Source of the DNA: Eukaryota sp. GEM-RC1
Lineage: Eukaryota
Direction of reading: 5' to 3'
NCBI GenBank assembly: GCA_040285855.1
Contig: JAUFOQ010000001.1
Coordinates: 806,001 to 870,000 of the forward strand
Length of the DNA: 64,000 bases
The notes beneath the pieces are model-generated. The model was not told the origin of the DNA and searched no databases. It was given only the letters and a program-made list of their open reading frames with translations. Position 1 is the first letter of the stretch. Each line of letters starts with the position of its first letter. Below, piece after piece: positions 11,375-24,309 of the stretch. The position numbers and the translations under genes are program-made.

Positions 11375-12939
11375 ATGTCATTCTCCCTTCCTCCAGCAGA
11401 AACTCTTGCAATTATCCTCGATGAACCCTCTCTATGTAACCAAACCATTACATTCGGTGGTGAATCGATCGATGTAAACAAATCTGTCCTTGCTGCGCAC
11501 TCCGCGTACTTCCGATCCCTCTGGTTCTTGGAGTTTGGAGATAAACTCGTGGATCCCATTGACTTCTCACATCTCCCAGTCGATTCCGACACCTTCTTCG
11601 CTTTCATCAAGTCCTTCTTCGGAAAGTCTTTCACCCTCAACGAAAGCAACGCCTACAACTTCTTTTACCTCGTCCACTACTTCCAAGTGGACAAACTTAT
11701 TGCACACGTTGAAAACCACCTAAACACTCATCTCGTGACCTGGGCTTGGTTAAAACCATTCATTAAAGAAGCAGATAAAAGAAATGACTTGAGAGCTCTG
11801 GAATTCGTTGGTCCTTTCTTTTCTAAGATTGATGACTTGTTGATTGATGACGTGATGGCAATCACCACTGAAGGGTTTAAAACGCTTGTAAAATACTGCA
11901 CTGCCACTCAATCACAATCATGGTTCATCAAATCAATGGTGGAATCAACTCTAAATCAAAGTTTCGATTTAAATGAACTTTTAAACATTCTAAATTCATG
12001 TTCAATTGAAGCCTTTTGTTTTCAACAATGGGATGAGTTACTGTTTGTTCCTTTAAAAGATGTTGAAGAATTGGAAGCTGATTTGATGAAGTTTCTGTTT
12101 ACAAAAGTTAAGAATCTTTATTTTGATTCATTGGTGAAAGAAGTTTGTGAATTGAAGACAGAAGTATCTGAATTGACAACCAAAATTAATGATTTAGAAA
12201 ACAACAATTCTGACTTGAACTCAATTACTACTGATTTAACAACAGAAGTTCAAGTTTTGAAGACAGAAATCTCTGGTTTATCCAAAGAAGTTCATGATTC
12301 AAAAGCTGAAAACTCTCATCTGAAAACAACAAATTCTGACTTATCCCTGCAAATTTCTAGCTTAAATACTACAAATTCTAACTCTCTTAACGAAATAATT
12401 AAACTACAACAAGAAATTGAACAACTAAAAGGACAGCTACACAAACTCAACCGGTTCCTCAATCAAAAATGATTAAATTCTCGCAGACCAGGAATCATTC
12501 TCAGTTACAAGTTAGTGGGGATAAAAAGAGAGTTGTTGTTGGAAGTGGTGATCATGTTTTTGGAAATATCTTGGGAGAAGTTCCACTTCTTCCAGGTAAT
12601 GTTTATACTTGGAAGTTGAGGTACCAGGGGGATAGTGGTATGCTTTTTATTGGAGTCATTGACGAGTCAAAGTTTAGGGTTGATAGTGGTTCTTCTTCGA
12701 AAGCTCACTGTTTTGAAAATGATGCTGTTTGCGGCTGTCTCTCAGGAAACACTTCTCCGTGGAATCCTGGTGAATTGCTTGAAATTAATGTAAATCTAGT
12801 TAATCACACTTTAACAATCAAATCTGTGAGTAATTCTTCAATTAATCTTACTGGAACTCTTCCCAAATTAATTAGTGGTAATTATTATCCATATGCTTGG
12901 TTATTTCATCGTAATCATGTACTTGAAATCGTTGAATAA
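11375..12939 (+). CDS. BTB/POZ - coiled coil - SPRY/B30.2-like protein (frameshift near 12430; pseudogene or assembly error)
   Basis: BTB signature VNKSVLAAHSAYFRSL, a heptad region, and a C-terminal beta-sandwich (YTWKLRY..GVID..YYPY). The paralog at 56169-57683 is one ORF. Confidence 0.82.
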
Positions 12940-14340
12940 TGTGTGTACATCTCTTCATTTGCAGTGCTTGTATACGATGATCATCGTATAATATATATTA
13001 TATTATAGGTTATAAACTAGTTTTTAAGTACATTTGTCTAGTCTGTGTGATGGAAGCAGAACCATTCACGTGTACAATTTCTATATTTGGGTTGCGCAGA
13101 TCTTGGTTGTTTTAATTTTCACTACCAATTGTTTCAAAAACAAACTGTTTGCATCAGATCTGGTCGAATATGATATACGATTTCAAAAGTTCAGATGATG
13201 ATAGTAACAACTCACTCCATGAATTACATTCAAACTGATCAGTTTTGACCGATAGCTGTAACCCATTGATAACAAGAGCTTGAAAATGGGGTCATCCAAA
13301 CTACAAACTACTATAGTGATTCAAATTAAATTATGAATTCTGAAGCTGTTAACTTTTCGACTGGAAGCTCAAAAACTGACAGTATGTAAACTGAACGGTT
13401 CAAAGCAGATTCGCCTTAGAATATTCACCTCATAATTTAATAGCGTTAAAACGGGGTTTGTGAGCAATCAGTGAAATAAATGCTGTTGCAAAAACTATCA
13501 ACTAACAGACAATAAATTGTGTATTAAAATGAAGATTCTCCTGTCCTTCACCGAACAACCTACCTAAAGTTCAATCAAAATATTTGTGCATTGAACGAAA
13601 CAGTGCAAACGTTAAACCCAACCAAGAAATTCCATTGAAAACTTTACCGTACTCAGAACACAATTTACCAAAGGATGTTAAAACAACTTGTGCATCTGGT
13701 CTAACATTACCGTATATCAACATTACAGACTCTTGTAACACAAAGCAATTGTACCTGTCAACCTTCAATTGGTTCATAAAATGATAGTACTTTGTACTTT
13801 GTACTTTTGAGCCACTTCAAGAACACAAATTGATTTTTGAATTACAAGGATCAACAGTTGTGATATACATGATTATTTCCTGACAAGATAACCAAGGACC
13901 AATCAATTTAACTGTGATTGTTGGGTCAACTGATTAACACATGATACAATGATTTGTAACTAACTTGTGAATAAAAAAATACTTACATAGTTTGAAGAAC
14001 ATTTCACAGAACATCTATGATCATGTAAACTAGGGTTCCTCATAAATAAACAAGAATTCTATTTATTGATATTTATGTATATTAAAAAAGGGAAGTTTAT
14101 CGATGAAGAGCACAAATACATATCATAATAAATACTATGAAACACAAGACACATAAAATTCCGGGACAACAGTAGCACATTTTATGTATAACTATGTGAT
14201 ACTTGATTTAACAAATTTAGGCTTAGAACGTAACAAAGAAAAAATCGAACGGTTATGCCAAACTGTTAAATTAGATATATGTATTATTATTCATTTGTAG
14301 TTTTGACAGTTATTTACGATCATGTAAATAAATTCAAATA

Positions 14341-14600
14341 AATAATGATGTTCGTGTTGTTACTTATGAAATGTTCAAATCCTATAATGAGAGTTTTGAA
14401 ATTGAACTTCTCCTGAAACAATAAAGTGACAATGACGTGTTTGATTCTCGCCGTGGTGACCTAATTGCTCCTTTCCTGGATTCATCCCAAGTTGTGGTTG
14501 AATTTACTACAGTTGACCCGTTTGCTAAAGTCTACACAGACTCCATATCGGGTCGTATCCGTACTGCTCATACGCGGATCTTAGGTTACATTCGTCTTTT
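14341..14600 (+). pseudogene. Remnant of the restriction-like endonuclease domain of a non-LTR retrotransposon
   Basis: Translates as NNDVRVVTYEMFKSYNESFEIELLLKQ*SDNDVFDSRRGDLIAPFLDSSQVVVEFTTVDP, matching the RHN/D..E..R(P/G)D..(D/E) pattern of RLE domains. Confidence 0.55.
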
Positions 14601-15157
14601 CTGTTCTGTATAAACTCAAGAAAAAAATATTATTTTAATTTTTTAGTAACTGATGCACTCGAACTAGAAATATTTCATGATATATATATTTATATATATA
14701 TTACTGAGCCCTTTTCACGGCTATAAATATACTTTGTGGCTCCACATACATTTCTGCAAGTGAAAAACGTTGGGACTTGAAATTGAGGTTTGCATATAAT
14801 AAACAAGTCCTCATGTCTTCTTGATGATAGACTTGGTGAACCCATAATAGAACCCAGAACTAGTAGTGTTGAAAGACTATCAACCATCAATCTTCAATTT
14901 CATATCGTTCGTGACGATAGTCCTACACCCTCGTTTTTCCAATAAGGAAATTCCTGAAGCATTGGTTAGCGAAGAACAGTTTCTACTGCTTCATATATGA
15001 GCTTTTCGGCTGGACAAAAAAACTTATTCATCTATTAGCAATTAAATTGTAAAATCAACCCCAAGAACGGCGTATGTACTTCCAGAATTTGAGAGACTTA
15101 AATTGAATTCACGGACTGATGCTGACTTTGATGTATTGTTGTTATTGGCGATGATAT

Positions 15158-16604
15158 CAAAAGTAAGTAGGTATCTTCGCGTCTGATGACGTGTCCGTCA
15201 GTCTTAAGCAGTTTGGTTCTAATTTATAAAGTTCTTCTTTCTTCTTTATTCTTATCATCGTTGACCTAACGGCAACATTGTGTTTGAAACAAATTGAGAT
15301 AATTTATCATGGATGTGATGTGCTGACACCACAGCTGCTTCTGCTGCCAAGGCTTCTCTTAAGAATGTTTTACTTCACTTCGGTTTGCCAAGATGTATCC
15401 ACTCAGACAATGGAAAGGAATTTGGGTTCCAGCTCTTGAAAAATTTGTCTGAAACATACATTGAATGATCCCTTTTAGTACCTTTGCCTTTGGGAATTCA
15501 GTCCCTTCTATCCCCCCACGAGCAGCGGTACAAAACAGACCCTCACTATTAGCCACCAGGTCAATGTAGTTTCAATACCTGTGACTTACTGTCTTTCCAA
15601 CCAGAAGCAGATTTGAACTCCATTATGGTGATCTACTTTACAATGAAAGTTGTGAGAAGTTGTCATATTAGAACGTCAAGAAAACCTGTTTTTTCGAACA
15701 ATTTAGGATATCATCATCATTGTAGTAACCACATAAGGCTCGTAATTGGTTTCGAGCTTTGCTTCATTTTCCTTTTCCATCAGCTAATATATTTGTTATC
15801 CCGCCAGTGTCATAATGAGTTGTACGTTTGATTGAAATGACAATCAGTAAGATGATCAATGGACAGATTGAAGATCTCTATGTTCCACAAAAGTAAGTAG
15901 GTATCTTCGCGTCTGATGACGTGTCCGTCAGTCTTAAGCAGTTTGGTTCTGATTTATAAAGTTCTTCTTTCTTCTTTATTCTTATCATCGTTGACCTAAC
16001 GGCAACATTGTGTTTGAAACAAATTGAGATAATTTATCATGGATGTGATGTGCTGACACCACAGCCGCTTCTGCTGCCAAGGCTTCTCTTAAGAATGTTT
16101 TACTTCACTTCGGTTTGCCAAGATGTATCCACTCAGACAATGGAAAGGAATTTGGGTTCCAGCTCTTGAAAAATTTGTCTGAAACATACATTGAATGATC
16201 CCTTTTAGTACAATTCAGTCCCTTCTATCCCCCCACGAGCAGCGGTACAAAACAGACCCTCACTATTAGCCACCAGGTCAATGTAGTTTCAATACCTGTG
16301 ACTGACTGTCTTTCCAATCAGAAGCAGATTTGAACTCCATTATGGTGATCTACTTTACAATGAAAGTTGTGAGAAGTTGTCATATTAGAACGTCAAGAAA
16401 ACCTGTTTTTTCGAACAATTTAGGATATCATCATCATTGTAGTAACCACATAAGGCTCGTAATTGGTTTCGAGCTTTGCTTCATTTTCCTTTTCCATCAG
16501 CTAATATATTTGTTCTCCCGCCAGTGTCATAATGAGTTGTACGTTTGATTAAAATGACAATCAGTAAGGTGATCAATGGACAGATTGAAGATCTCTATGT
16601 TCCA
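15158..16604 (+). repeat. Recent tandem duplication (730 + 717 bp) containing a degenerate retroviral-type integrase fragment
   Basis: Units 15158-15887 and 15888-16604 are nearly identical apart from a 13-bp deletion. They encode LHFGLPRCIHSDNGKEF. Confidence 0.9.
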
Positions 16605-17626
16605 GAAAGTGCTGCTATCTCTTGCCATCAAAATGCTGTTACCAAGAAACAGCAGAAAATTGGAGGCAAATTTAGCAAACAACTCGACTTCCTGAGCTAC
16701 CTCCAGACCTAGGTCTTCTTGTTTAGTAGGTCTTCTTCCTGACACTAATTCGAGTAGAAAACATCATCAACTGATGGAAGATGAAATTTGTACATTTGTG
16801 ATGAACAACTTGTGTTGATTGTTTAGCTTTATTTATCTTATAGTAAAGTGTTACCTACTTTACAAACCTATGTTCCACAATTCGTCAAATATTGTGTACA
16901 GTTATCTGATAAGAAATACAATCTGGTACTTCTTTACAGTCCATTCGTTTATTTCAAAATGGTAATACAAACACAAAGTTTTGTTAGTTTAGTGAGGAGC
17001 AAACATAACGGAGTCGTGCTCTCACAAAAACGGATATACATAAAGTTTTAATATCGTCACTGGTCACATTCAATTAAATATATTTCTCTTTACGTCAGAT
17101 AACCGTAATCCGCTGGCATGTAAATTCACAATTTCATGTTTTCGAGTAGGCAACGTAACCTCGATTCTTCTGATTTTCTAAAGTCATTCCAATGGCCACT
17201 GTGGCGAAGTAGTATTTCACTACCACACAGTGTATGGTTAACAAAGAAGAATGAGCAAGTTCACTGCTGTAAACACAGCGTTATTTAAAAAGGAAGAGAC
17301 AGAAATTCGAATTCGAAGAAGAAAAAATGACACGCTGAATTGCCATTAAAATTTTCAATGTGGTAACTTAAATTCCAGACTTCGCTTATGTGTTTGTTTT
17401 GTTCCATTCATCTTCTTGTAGTTCTGTTCGATGGATGAAGGAATTTTATCCATTCAGAACTTCAACCTAGTTCTATATAAACAACATCTACAGAGTTGCG
17501 TATAAGTTGTATATAAACAACTTGTCAGTAGTTGCGTATAAGTAGTAGATACACGACATCAACAAAAGATATGGTGAAATCAAATTTATTTCAAAAATAA
17601 AAACAATAAAAGCATATATTCAAAAT

Positions 17627-18211
17627 TTATTGCAAATCTAAATATGGATTTTCACCATTTAAAAATTGAGTTGCAAAACTCTTTTTACTGGAAGGCGTTT
17701 TACGTAGAGGACCTTTCATACTGCGCACGATATCGGTAGCTGATGCATCATCAAACGGAATCAGCTGGTCCCTTTTAGTGTAATAAATTAGGAAATCGAA
17801 ATCCGGGCCTTCCAGAACATCTTTTACTTCTGGTAAAAAGTAGACAATAACATCGTCGTCCCCCTGTTGGCAAACCACTCGAAGAATTCGGTGGTTTGGT
17901 CGGCATCCAAGCTAAGTTCATCGTGTTGAACTTGAAATGCTGGATAGAGCACACCGTTATCATAGTAGTCAATTAAATAGAGTTTTAATTGACTAAAATC
18001 TAGCTGTTGCAGCTTGGCCAAAAACTCGGCTTTTAGGAGGGGATAGAAAACGACGGCGAGGTGGAGCCGTTGACAGCACTGGACGCTCTGATAAAACCAG
18101 TGACTGGGAGCTGGTCCAGGTGGCCTGAAGATCTCTGTACAGTGACAAGAAATCTTCAGTGTGACCTGACTGATCAAGTGGTTCGGCATCGGACCCATAT
18201 AGGTCAGCCAC
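17627..18211 (-). pseudogene. Orphan ORF broken by two frameshifts; function unknown
   Basis: Three overlapping minus-strand ORFs join into a protein-like ~195 aa sequence with no recognised motif. Confidence 0.4.
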
Positions 18212-18728
18212 AGTCAGGTCAGGAACTTCAGGTGCCTCAGCAGAACTAACAGCAGGTTCCGTAGCAGTTGTATAATAGATTGTGAAGTCAAAATCTGCTC
18301 TTTTAAAAACTTCTATAATAAAAAATTCACTTTTCGAGAATGTTGTGTATCGAATAAAACAAGAGGCAACCTAAATAAACAACAAAATATACCAAATGAA
18401 TAGATATACAAAAGACAAACACGAAAATTTTTGTCGTGTGACAGAAATATAACGTACGGTCATAATTCTGTGATTGCTGAAGTGAGATCACCCCACATTC
18501 CCACAGCTGAATCTCATTTCCGAATATAGTTGGTGTGTAGAACATCCAAAACAACAGTCAGAAAAGTCAGTGATGTTTCCCCAAAGAGCAAATCCCATAG
18601 CGACGTGGAGGAAGTGTTCGTGCTTGGTATACAGAAGCATGTGTTTTTGTTTTCAAATGATCCATGTGTGTGTTATGGTTACATCGAATGACAGAGAAGC
18701 CGTGTATTTGAAAAGGGTTAGGGGGTAA

Positions 18729-20021
18729 ATCCCTAAAACAGCAAATTATGAATATTCCAATGAAATTTCTCGTTTAACAACAGAAATACAGACTTTGAAG
18801 GTACCACACTCAGGAATCGTGCAGAATTTACAAGGAGAAATTGAACAATTAAGAAAGGTTGTTAATGAAAATTCGTGTTTTAAAAGTACAAATTCTAGAA
18901 TTGTTGATGATAACACTAACTTAAAACGAGAAGTAGAACGTTTAAACAAGATTAGTAGAGATACTCAATCTGTTGTTGAATCAAAAATGCATCTGAGTTC
19001 TGAGTTAAACAATAGTGTTTTCTCACTTCAATCGGAGCTATCCCAATCTCTAGAGTGTTCCCAAAATTTAAAAACTATCATATCAAAATTGGAGTTTGAA
19101 TTGAAATCAAAGGTATCTAAAACTGTTTATGATTCTGTTAAAAATGAGTTAGATTCTACACAATACAAGAACACAAAAATTTCTTCAGAGAACTCTCGTT
19201 TAAAAGATCAACTTACTAAATTATCACGTGATTCAGAAAAAGAAAACTCTAATCTCAGGGGAAAAATCCACGATTTAATATCAGAAATTCAGAATGTAAG
19301 ATCAGAAAACTCTCGTGTAAGAGGTCAATTTGCTCAATTGTCACAAGATGCAGAAAAAGAAAACTCTGAATTAAAGAAAAGACATTCTAAATCATCTATG
19401 CGAGTTTTTGCTTTAACAACTCAAATTCGGAATTTAACTGCTGCAAGTTCTAACGAAATTACCAAATTAAGAAGAGAACTTAAACCGCTTAAAATGACAG
19501 CTGTACAAACTCAACTGGTGTCTCGACCATGTTCTCAATCAAAAGTGATTAAATTCTCTCGAACTAGAAAACATCCGCAGTTACAAGTTATTGGAAATAG
19601 AAAGAGAGTTGTTTATGGAAGTGACGTTGATTGTGTGGACAGAAATATCTTGGGAGAAGATCCACTCCGTCCAGGTAATTTTTATTCTTGGAAGTTGAGG
19701 TACGAGGGGAGTCATCAGAGTCTTGTTGTTGGCGTCATTGACGAGTCAAAGTTCAGAGTTGATGGGGAATGCTTTCACAATGCTCACTGTTACGTCAATT
19801 CTAACTGTTCTTACGGTTGTCGTTCTGGAAACAAGACCATTTGGAATCCTTATGAATTACTCCAAATCACTGCAAATCTAATTAATTACACCTTAACCAT
19901 CAAATATGTGAGTAATCCTTCAATAACTCTTACTGGAACTCTTCCCAGATTAAGTAGTGGTAATTTTTATTTATTTGCTTCTTTATTTTGTTGTGATCAT
20001 GTTCTTGAAATTGTTGAATAA
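18729..20021 (+). pseudogene. Coiled coil - SPRY-like paralog of the BTB-SPRY family, 5'-truncated (no BTB)
   Basis: The C-terminal ~155 aa align with 12469-12939. The coiled coil is longer. There is an in-frame stop at 18726 and no BTB upstream. Confidence 0.8.
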
Positions 20022-20869
20022 AGTTCATAACATTATACTAAGCAGAGATTTAAATCAACTTGTTAATTCTGAAGCTAATTCGAGCAAATATATCAACAAT
20101 GGACATTTATACATGAAATCTATTATGCTGCCTGTCCAGTTTTAGTTTCTTATTCAACAAACTTCTGTTGGTCGAAAAGGCTTTATTATTGGTAGTACTG
20201 GTCCAGCAGGTTTAGAATAACTTAGTCATCTTAGTATTTGATGTCGTTCTAATCTGTACTGGTTCTGCATGGATTAATTGAATTGTGTACACACCCAAAA
20301 GCTTGATATATCCCTTAGTATTTAAGTTCAATTTATTTCAAGTTGTATAGAGACAGTTGTCGTAGTGATGTGAAGAATTTAACTTCTTATATTTTCAGTG
20401 AAAAGCTGACGAATGATCTCTGAACGACTCACACAATTGAAAACTCTCAAGGAATTCTAGAGAGTATTCGATCTGGTCATTCGATCTCTCTGTCATTCAA
20501 AAATTTACCTCACTTCTGCTACTTTACTCAAGAATACTACCAAGCTTATGACCCGTGGATGAGATTGTGGAGTTTTTGTATAAGTATGACCTTCATCAGT
20601 TGATTGAAGTGCAAAAGATCATCAAAAAGAGGGTGTGGTCAGGGAGTACTAATAAATATATACACTATATGTATATAATAATGGTGAGCGAAAATCATGT
20701 TCAGCTGCTACATCACACGATTGCATTAAGACTTCAAACAGTTTCTACTGGTTCAGATCTGAATTTTTCGGCTGGACAGAAAAATAGCATACTTATCACT
20801 GTGAATTTTATCACTGAACTTGATGATAACAGTTATTACTCGCACAAAAATTAATCAAGAACTTCTTAC

Positions 20870-21350
20870 TTCTACTTCCAAAACAAACTAATTAATTCAT
20901 TTATCGTTGACACAGCACATCAACATCAGAAGTTGAACATCCACTCAATCACGGTTCAAGATTCTCACAATCACTTGTGACAATGTAAGAAAGATCCCAG
21001 GAGCTTTGTTAAACAAACACTCAAAAAGAAACCAGCTTCGGGACTGGACCCGTTAGAATCTGTATTTCTTTCAAGGATTGCTAAAGGACTTCAAAAGTCT
21101 TTAATGCCCCACATTAAGGACGGAATCATTACTTATCTGTCTATCCTCGTTAGTTTTGCTCTTGATGAGCTCCTAGACTGTTCGAGAGTAACTGATTGGC
21201 TCGCCAAAGAGTCATCAAGCTAAACTTCACAGAAGATCTTTGGTGCAGAATCTGCAAGTGCTAGTGCTGGCACCAGAAAGCAAACTCGACGCTCTAATGC
21301 ATGTTTTAAGTGTAATCAAGTTGGTACTTATACAAGATAATGTCAATACG
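20870..21350 (+). pseudogene. Degenerate gag remnant with a broken CCHC knuckle
   Basis: CFKCNQVGTYTR*C at ~21302-21345 follows a Ser/Arg-rich stretch. Confidence 0.4.
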
Positions 21351-21384
21351 AATGTGAGTTCCTTTGAGTTACTCATAATCAGAT

Positions 21385-21946
21385 CTTGACTATTACAAAT
21401 TCTAGCTCACTTATTGAAATTGGCAAATTACAACACGACATCGAACAACTTAAAAATACAGCCGCAGAAACTCAACTGGTGTCTCAATCAGTTTTTTAAT
21501 CAAAAGTGATTAGATTCTCTCAAACTAGGAAACATTTTCAGTTACAAGTTAGTGGGGATAGAAAGAGAGTTGTTGTTGGAAGTGGTGGGTAAAGAAATCT
21601 CTTGGGAGAAGACCCACTTTTTCAGGTAATGTTTATACTTGAAAGGTGAGGTACCAGGGGAGTAATTGTGATCTTGTTGATGGAGTCATTGACGAGTCAA
21701 AGTTTGATGTTGTGTTATGAGAATGCTCACTGTTTGGACAATAATAGCAGTGTATTTGGTTGTCTCTCAGGAAACAAGTGCAAGTGGAATCCTGGTGAAT
21801 TGCTTGCAATCAATACAAAAAAAATCAAATCTGTGATTAATTCTTTAATTAATGTTACTGGAACTCTTCCTCGATTAATTTGTGGTAATTATTCTGTTAA
21901 CACTTTCTTATTTCATCGTAATGATGTGCTTGAAATCGTTGAATAA
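21385..21946 (+). pseudogene. SPRY-like paralog fragment (BTB-SPRY family 3' end) with multiple stops and frameshifts
   Basis: Nucleotide similarity to 12365-12939 extends into the 3' flank (GAATAATGTGTGTAC...GCAGTGCTTGTA). Confidence 0.85.
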
Positions 21947-22109
21947 TGTGTGTACTTCTTTTCATTTGCAGTGCTTGTACACGATGATCATCTTACTATT
22001 TTTTTTATTTTTTTTATTGGTTATAAACGAGTTTGAAAGTCTATTTGTCTAGTGTTATAAAAAATGTTTTATTCTATAAACTTACACTAAAGAAAATAAA
22101 ATAGACATG

Positions 22110-22772
22110 TAAACACCCCAAAAGCACGTTCACGTTCCTATGTTCATACGGCAATGGATGGAACTATGGCAGAGTCGAGGCGCAAACTATCAAAAAGTGG
22201 ATCAAACATTCCCTTTCTGCTCCTGCTGACGACAGAAAAGAATATCCGGTCTCAATCAAGGTCGCAGCAGAAAAGGTCACTTTCAAAGCATAATCACTTT
22301 TGGTAAAAGAAAGTGATCAAATTGAAGCTAGATCCACAACCGACGAGTTCTTACAAGAAAATACTCAAATCGACGGACCTCAATCCTGGGAAAGCTGGAC
22401 CAATGCTTACAGGGATGATCCCACTGTTGTAACCACAGCTATCCCGAATGATCTCACTCAATTCTTTTGCACAGTCGACAAGCTGATCGATAATGAAATT
22501 AGTCAGGATAAGGAGGCCATCTTTCAAATCCTTACCCAAGAAATACTTGAAGCCAATGATCACGCCTGAACGTGTTGAATGTTCGTACTGATATCTTTGT
22601 GGCTACCATGCCTAGTTTGATTAAAAGCGCTCGAAAGCATGTTTCCTCGGCTGCATTACTTTCTGAAGTTGTACCTCAACAGCTCAAAAGAGCTGATAAT
22701 GTTCCGATTAGCCATAAACGAGTTTCTCCTAAAGTTTTGTTATTTAGTTCAAGTTATTCGTTGATGTTTTAG
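22110..22772 (+). pseudogene. Unknown passenger ORF convergent with an IS630/Tc1 transposase (homolog of 41460-42107)
   Basis: GNGWNYGRVEAQTIKKW, PTVVTTAIPN and MPSLIKS match the second copy in order. Confidence 0.55.
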
Positions 22773-22799
22773 ATAATAAACTTCTTATTTATTACTTAC

Positions 22800-23600
22800 T
22801 CCACATACACCCATAGTTTTTCCTTGACGAGATAAGGTGATCGGTATACTTCATATTGTTTCCATCCAGAATAAGAAAATATTCTAGAGCAATTAAATCA
22901 CATATGGTAGTCAGGACCCTGTTCAAAAACTGAATTCTGTCAAGATTTGATTAGTTCAGCACTAGTCTTTGAACAGTTTTTTTAAATGATCCAAAAAAAG
23001 TCTCTATAGGGTTTTGCTCAGGACAATATGGAGGCAACTTAAAATAATGAGATACCCATTGACCTCTATAGATACACAGGCTCATATTTGGCTATATCTT
23101 ATAGAAAAGTTGTATACTACTGTTGGACGTCCTTTTGGCGACCAGTCTTGAGTACGTTCGCTCTTGAAAGACACTTCGTCTATAAAATGAAAATGTTGTT
23201 GAATAACAGGACCTACAATGTATAAAATCCTTTGGAACTGCTCAATAAGCTCGTTTTTGGCTCTGTGTACCACAGCTTGGCACTTCTTGTTCGTAAAGCC
23301 AGCTCATCAAATACCGTTGAGACTTTTGCTCGAGCCGGCGATTCTCAAATCGCTCAAGCTTTAAGGTCCTGAGCTGTCTTCGCACTCCTGCTTGAGAGCA
23401 TTCCTCCACAATCCTCCGGAAAATAATTGGTTGCATCAGTTGATAAAGCAGTTTAAAAGTAAACATTGACTGACAACAGAGTTCGAAATTGGATTCACTG
23501 GAAATATGGAGTTAATCATGTTGAATCTCTGGTTCTAAATGAATTATTGATCTTGAAGTATCTGACCTGATTAGACTTTTGTCCAATCTAACAACAATGT
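22800..23600 (-). pseudogene. IS630/Tc1-family DDE transposase remnant with an internal deletion
   Basis: HFIDEVSF..QDWSPKGRP and YFKLPPYCPEQNPIETFFGSFKK. Confidence 0.8.
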
Positions 23601-24218
23601 TTCGTCTCATGGTAATAGCTTTCATGACATGTAACTATTGATAAACCATTTTTTTCTTAAACTTTGGCTCTGGATTTTGGGGGAAAGATAATAACGAAAT
23701 TTGCTTTCATTATCATGTGTTGACATCAAAACTAGACTAAAAAACTACCAATGGAACAGATGGATATGTACAAACACCAATAACAAAGAAGACATGAACA
23801 GTAACAATAGAATCTGTTCAGGAAATCTTAATGATTGTGATTAATAATGAAAGTCCAAAATTGGGTTCGGACGGAGCAAGTGGATGAAGAAGTCATATTC
23901 AGAAAAGGAAGTCGTTGTAACACAACTAGGAACAATCCTTAATGGAGAACAAGTGATAACGGAAGCACAAGAAGACAAAGGACCGAGGATCGCGGACCAT
24001 TCTAAGAAGCATTTGTATATTTGGATGCGAGAAGTACGGAGATGAAAGGATCGGAACAGTACGCGGACCAAACAATAGTAACGGAGTGATATGAATATGA
24101 GGGGGAGATAAAGAAGATGAGATGAAAATTCAAGAACAAGAGAGACTCAGAAGTAAGACGAGGAAGGAACGATCAGAGAGCAAACGTTGGCGTTTAGTTG
24201 AACTTAGTTCAAGAGAGG

Positions 24219-24309
24219 TGTTAGCCACAGGTGTTAGTGAAGTGTTACAAGATCATATTATTTTATTTATAAACATCTTTTCCCTACCCTTTGTAGCCAA
24301 ACGGTATCA
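24219..24309 (+). repeat. 5' LTR (91 bp)
   Basis: Identical to 31031-31121; termini TGTTA...TATCA. Confidence 0.95.

Noticed and set aside
12469..12939. Diversity-generating retroelement behind SPRY variability
   Set aside because: Differences among paralogs are not adenine-specific, and no template repeat or DGR-type RT is present.
13200..13960. Degenerate minus-strand coding-like sequence (also ~38300-38690, 51000-51600, 59900-60500)
   Set aside because: Many stops and no identifiable motif.
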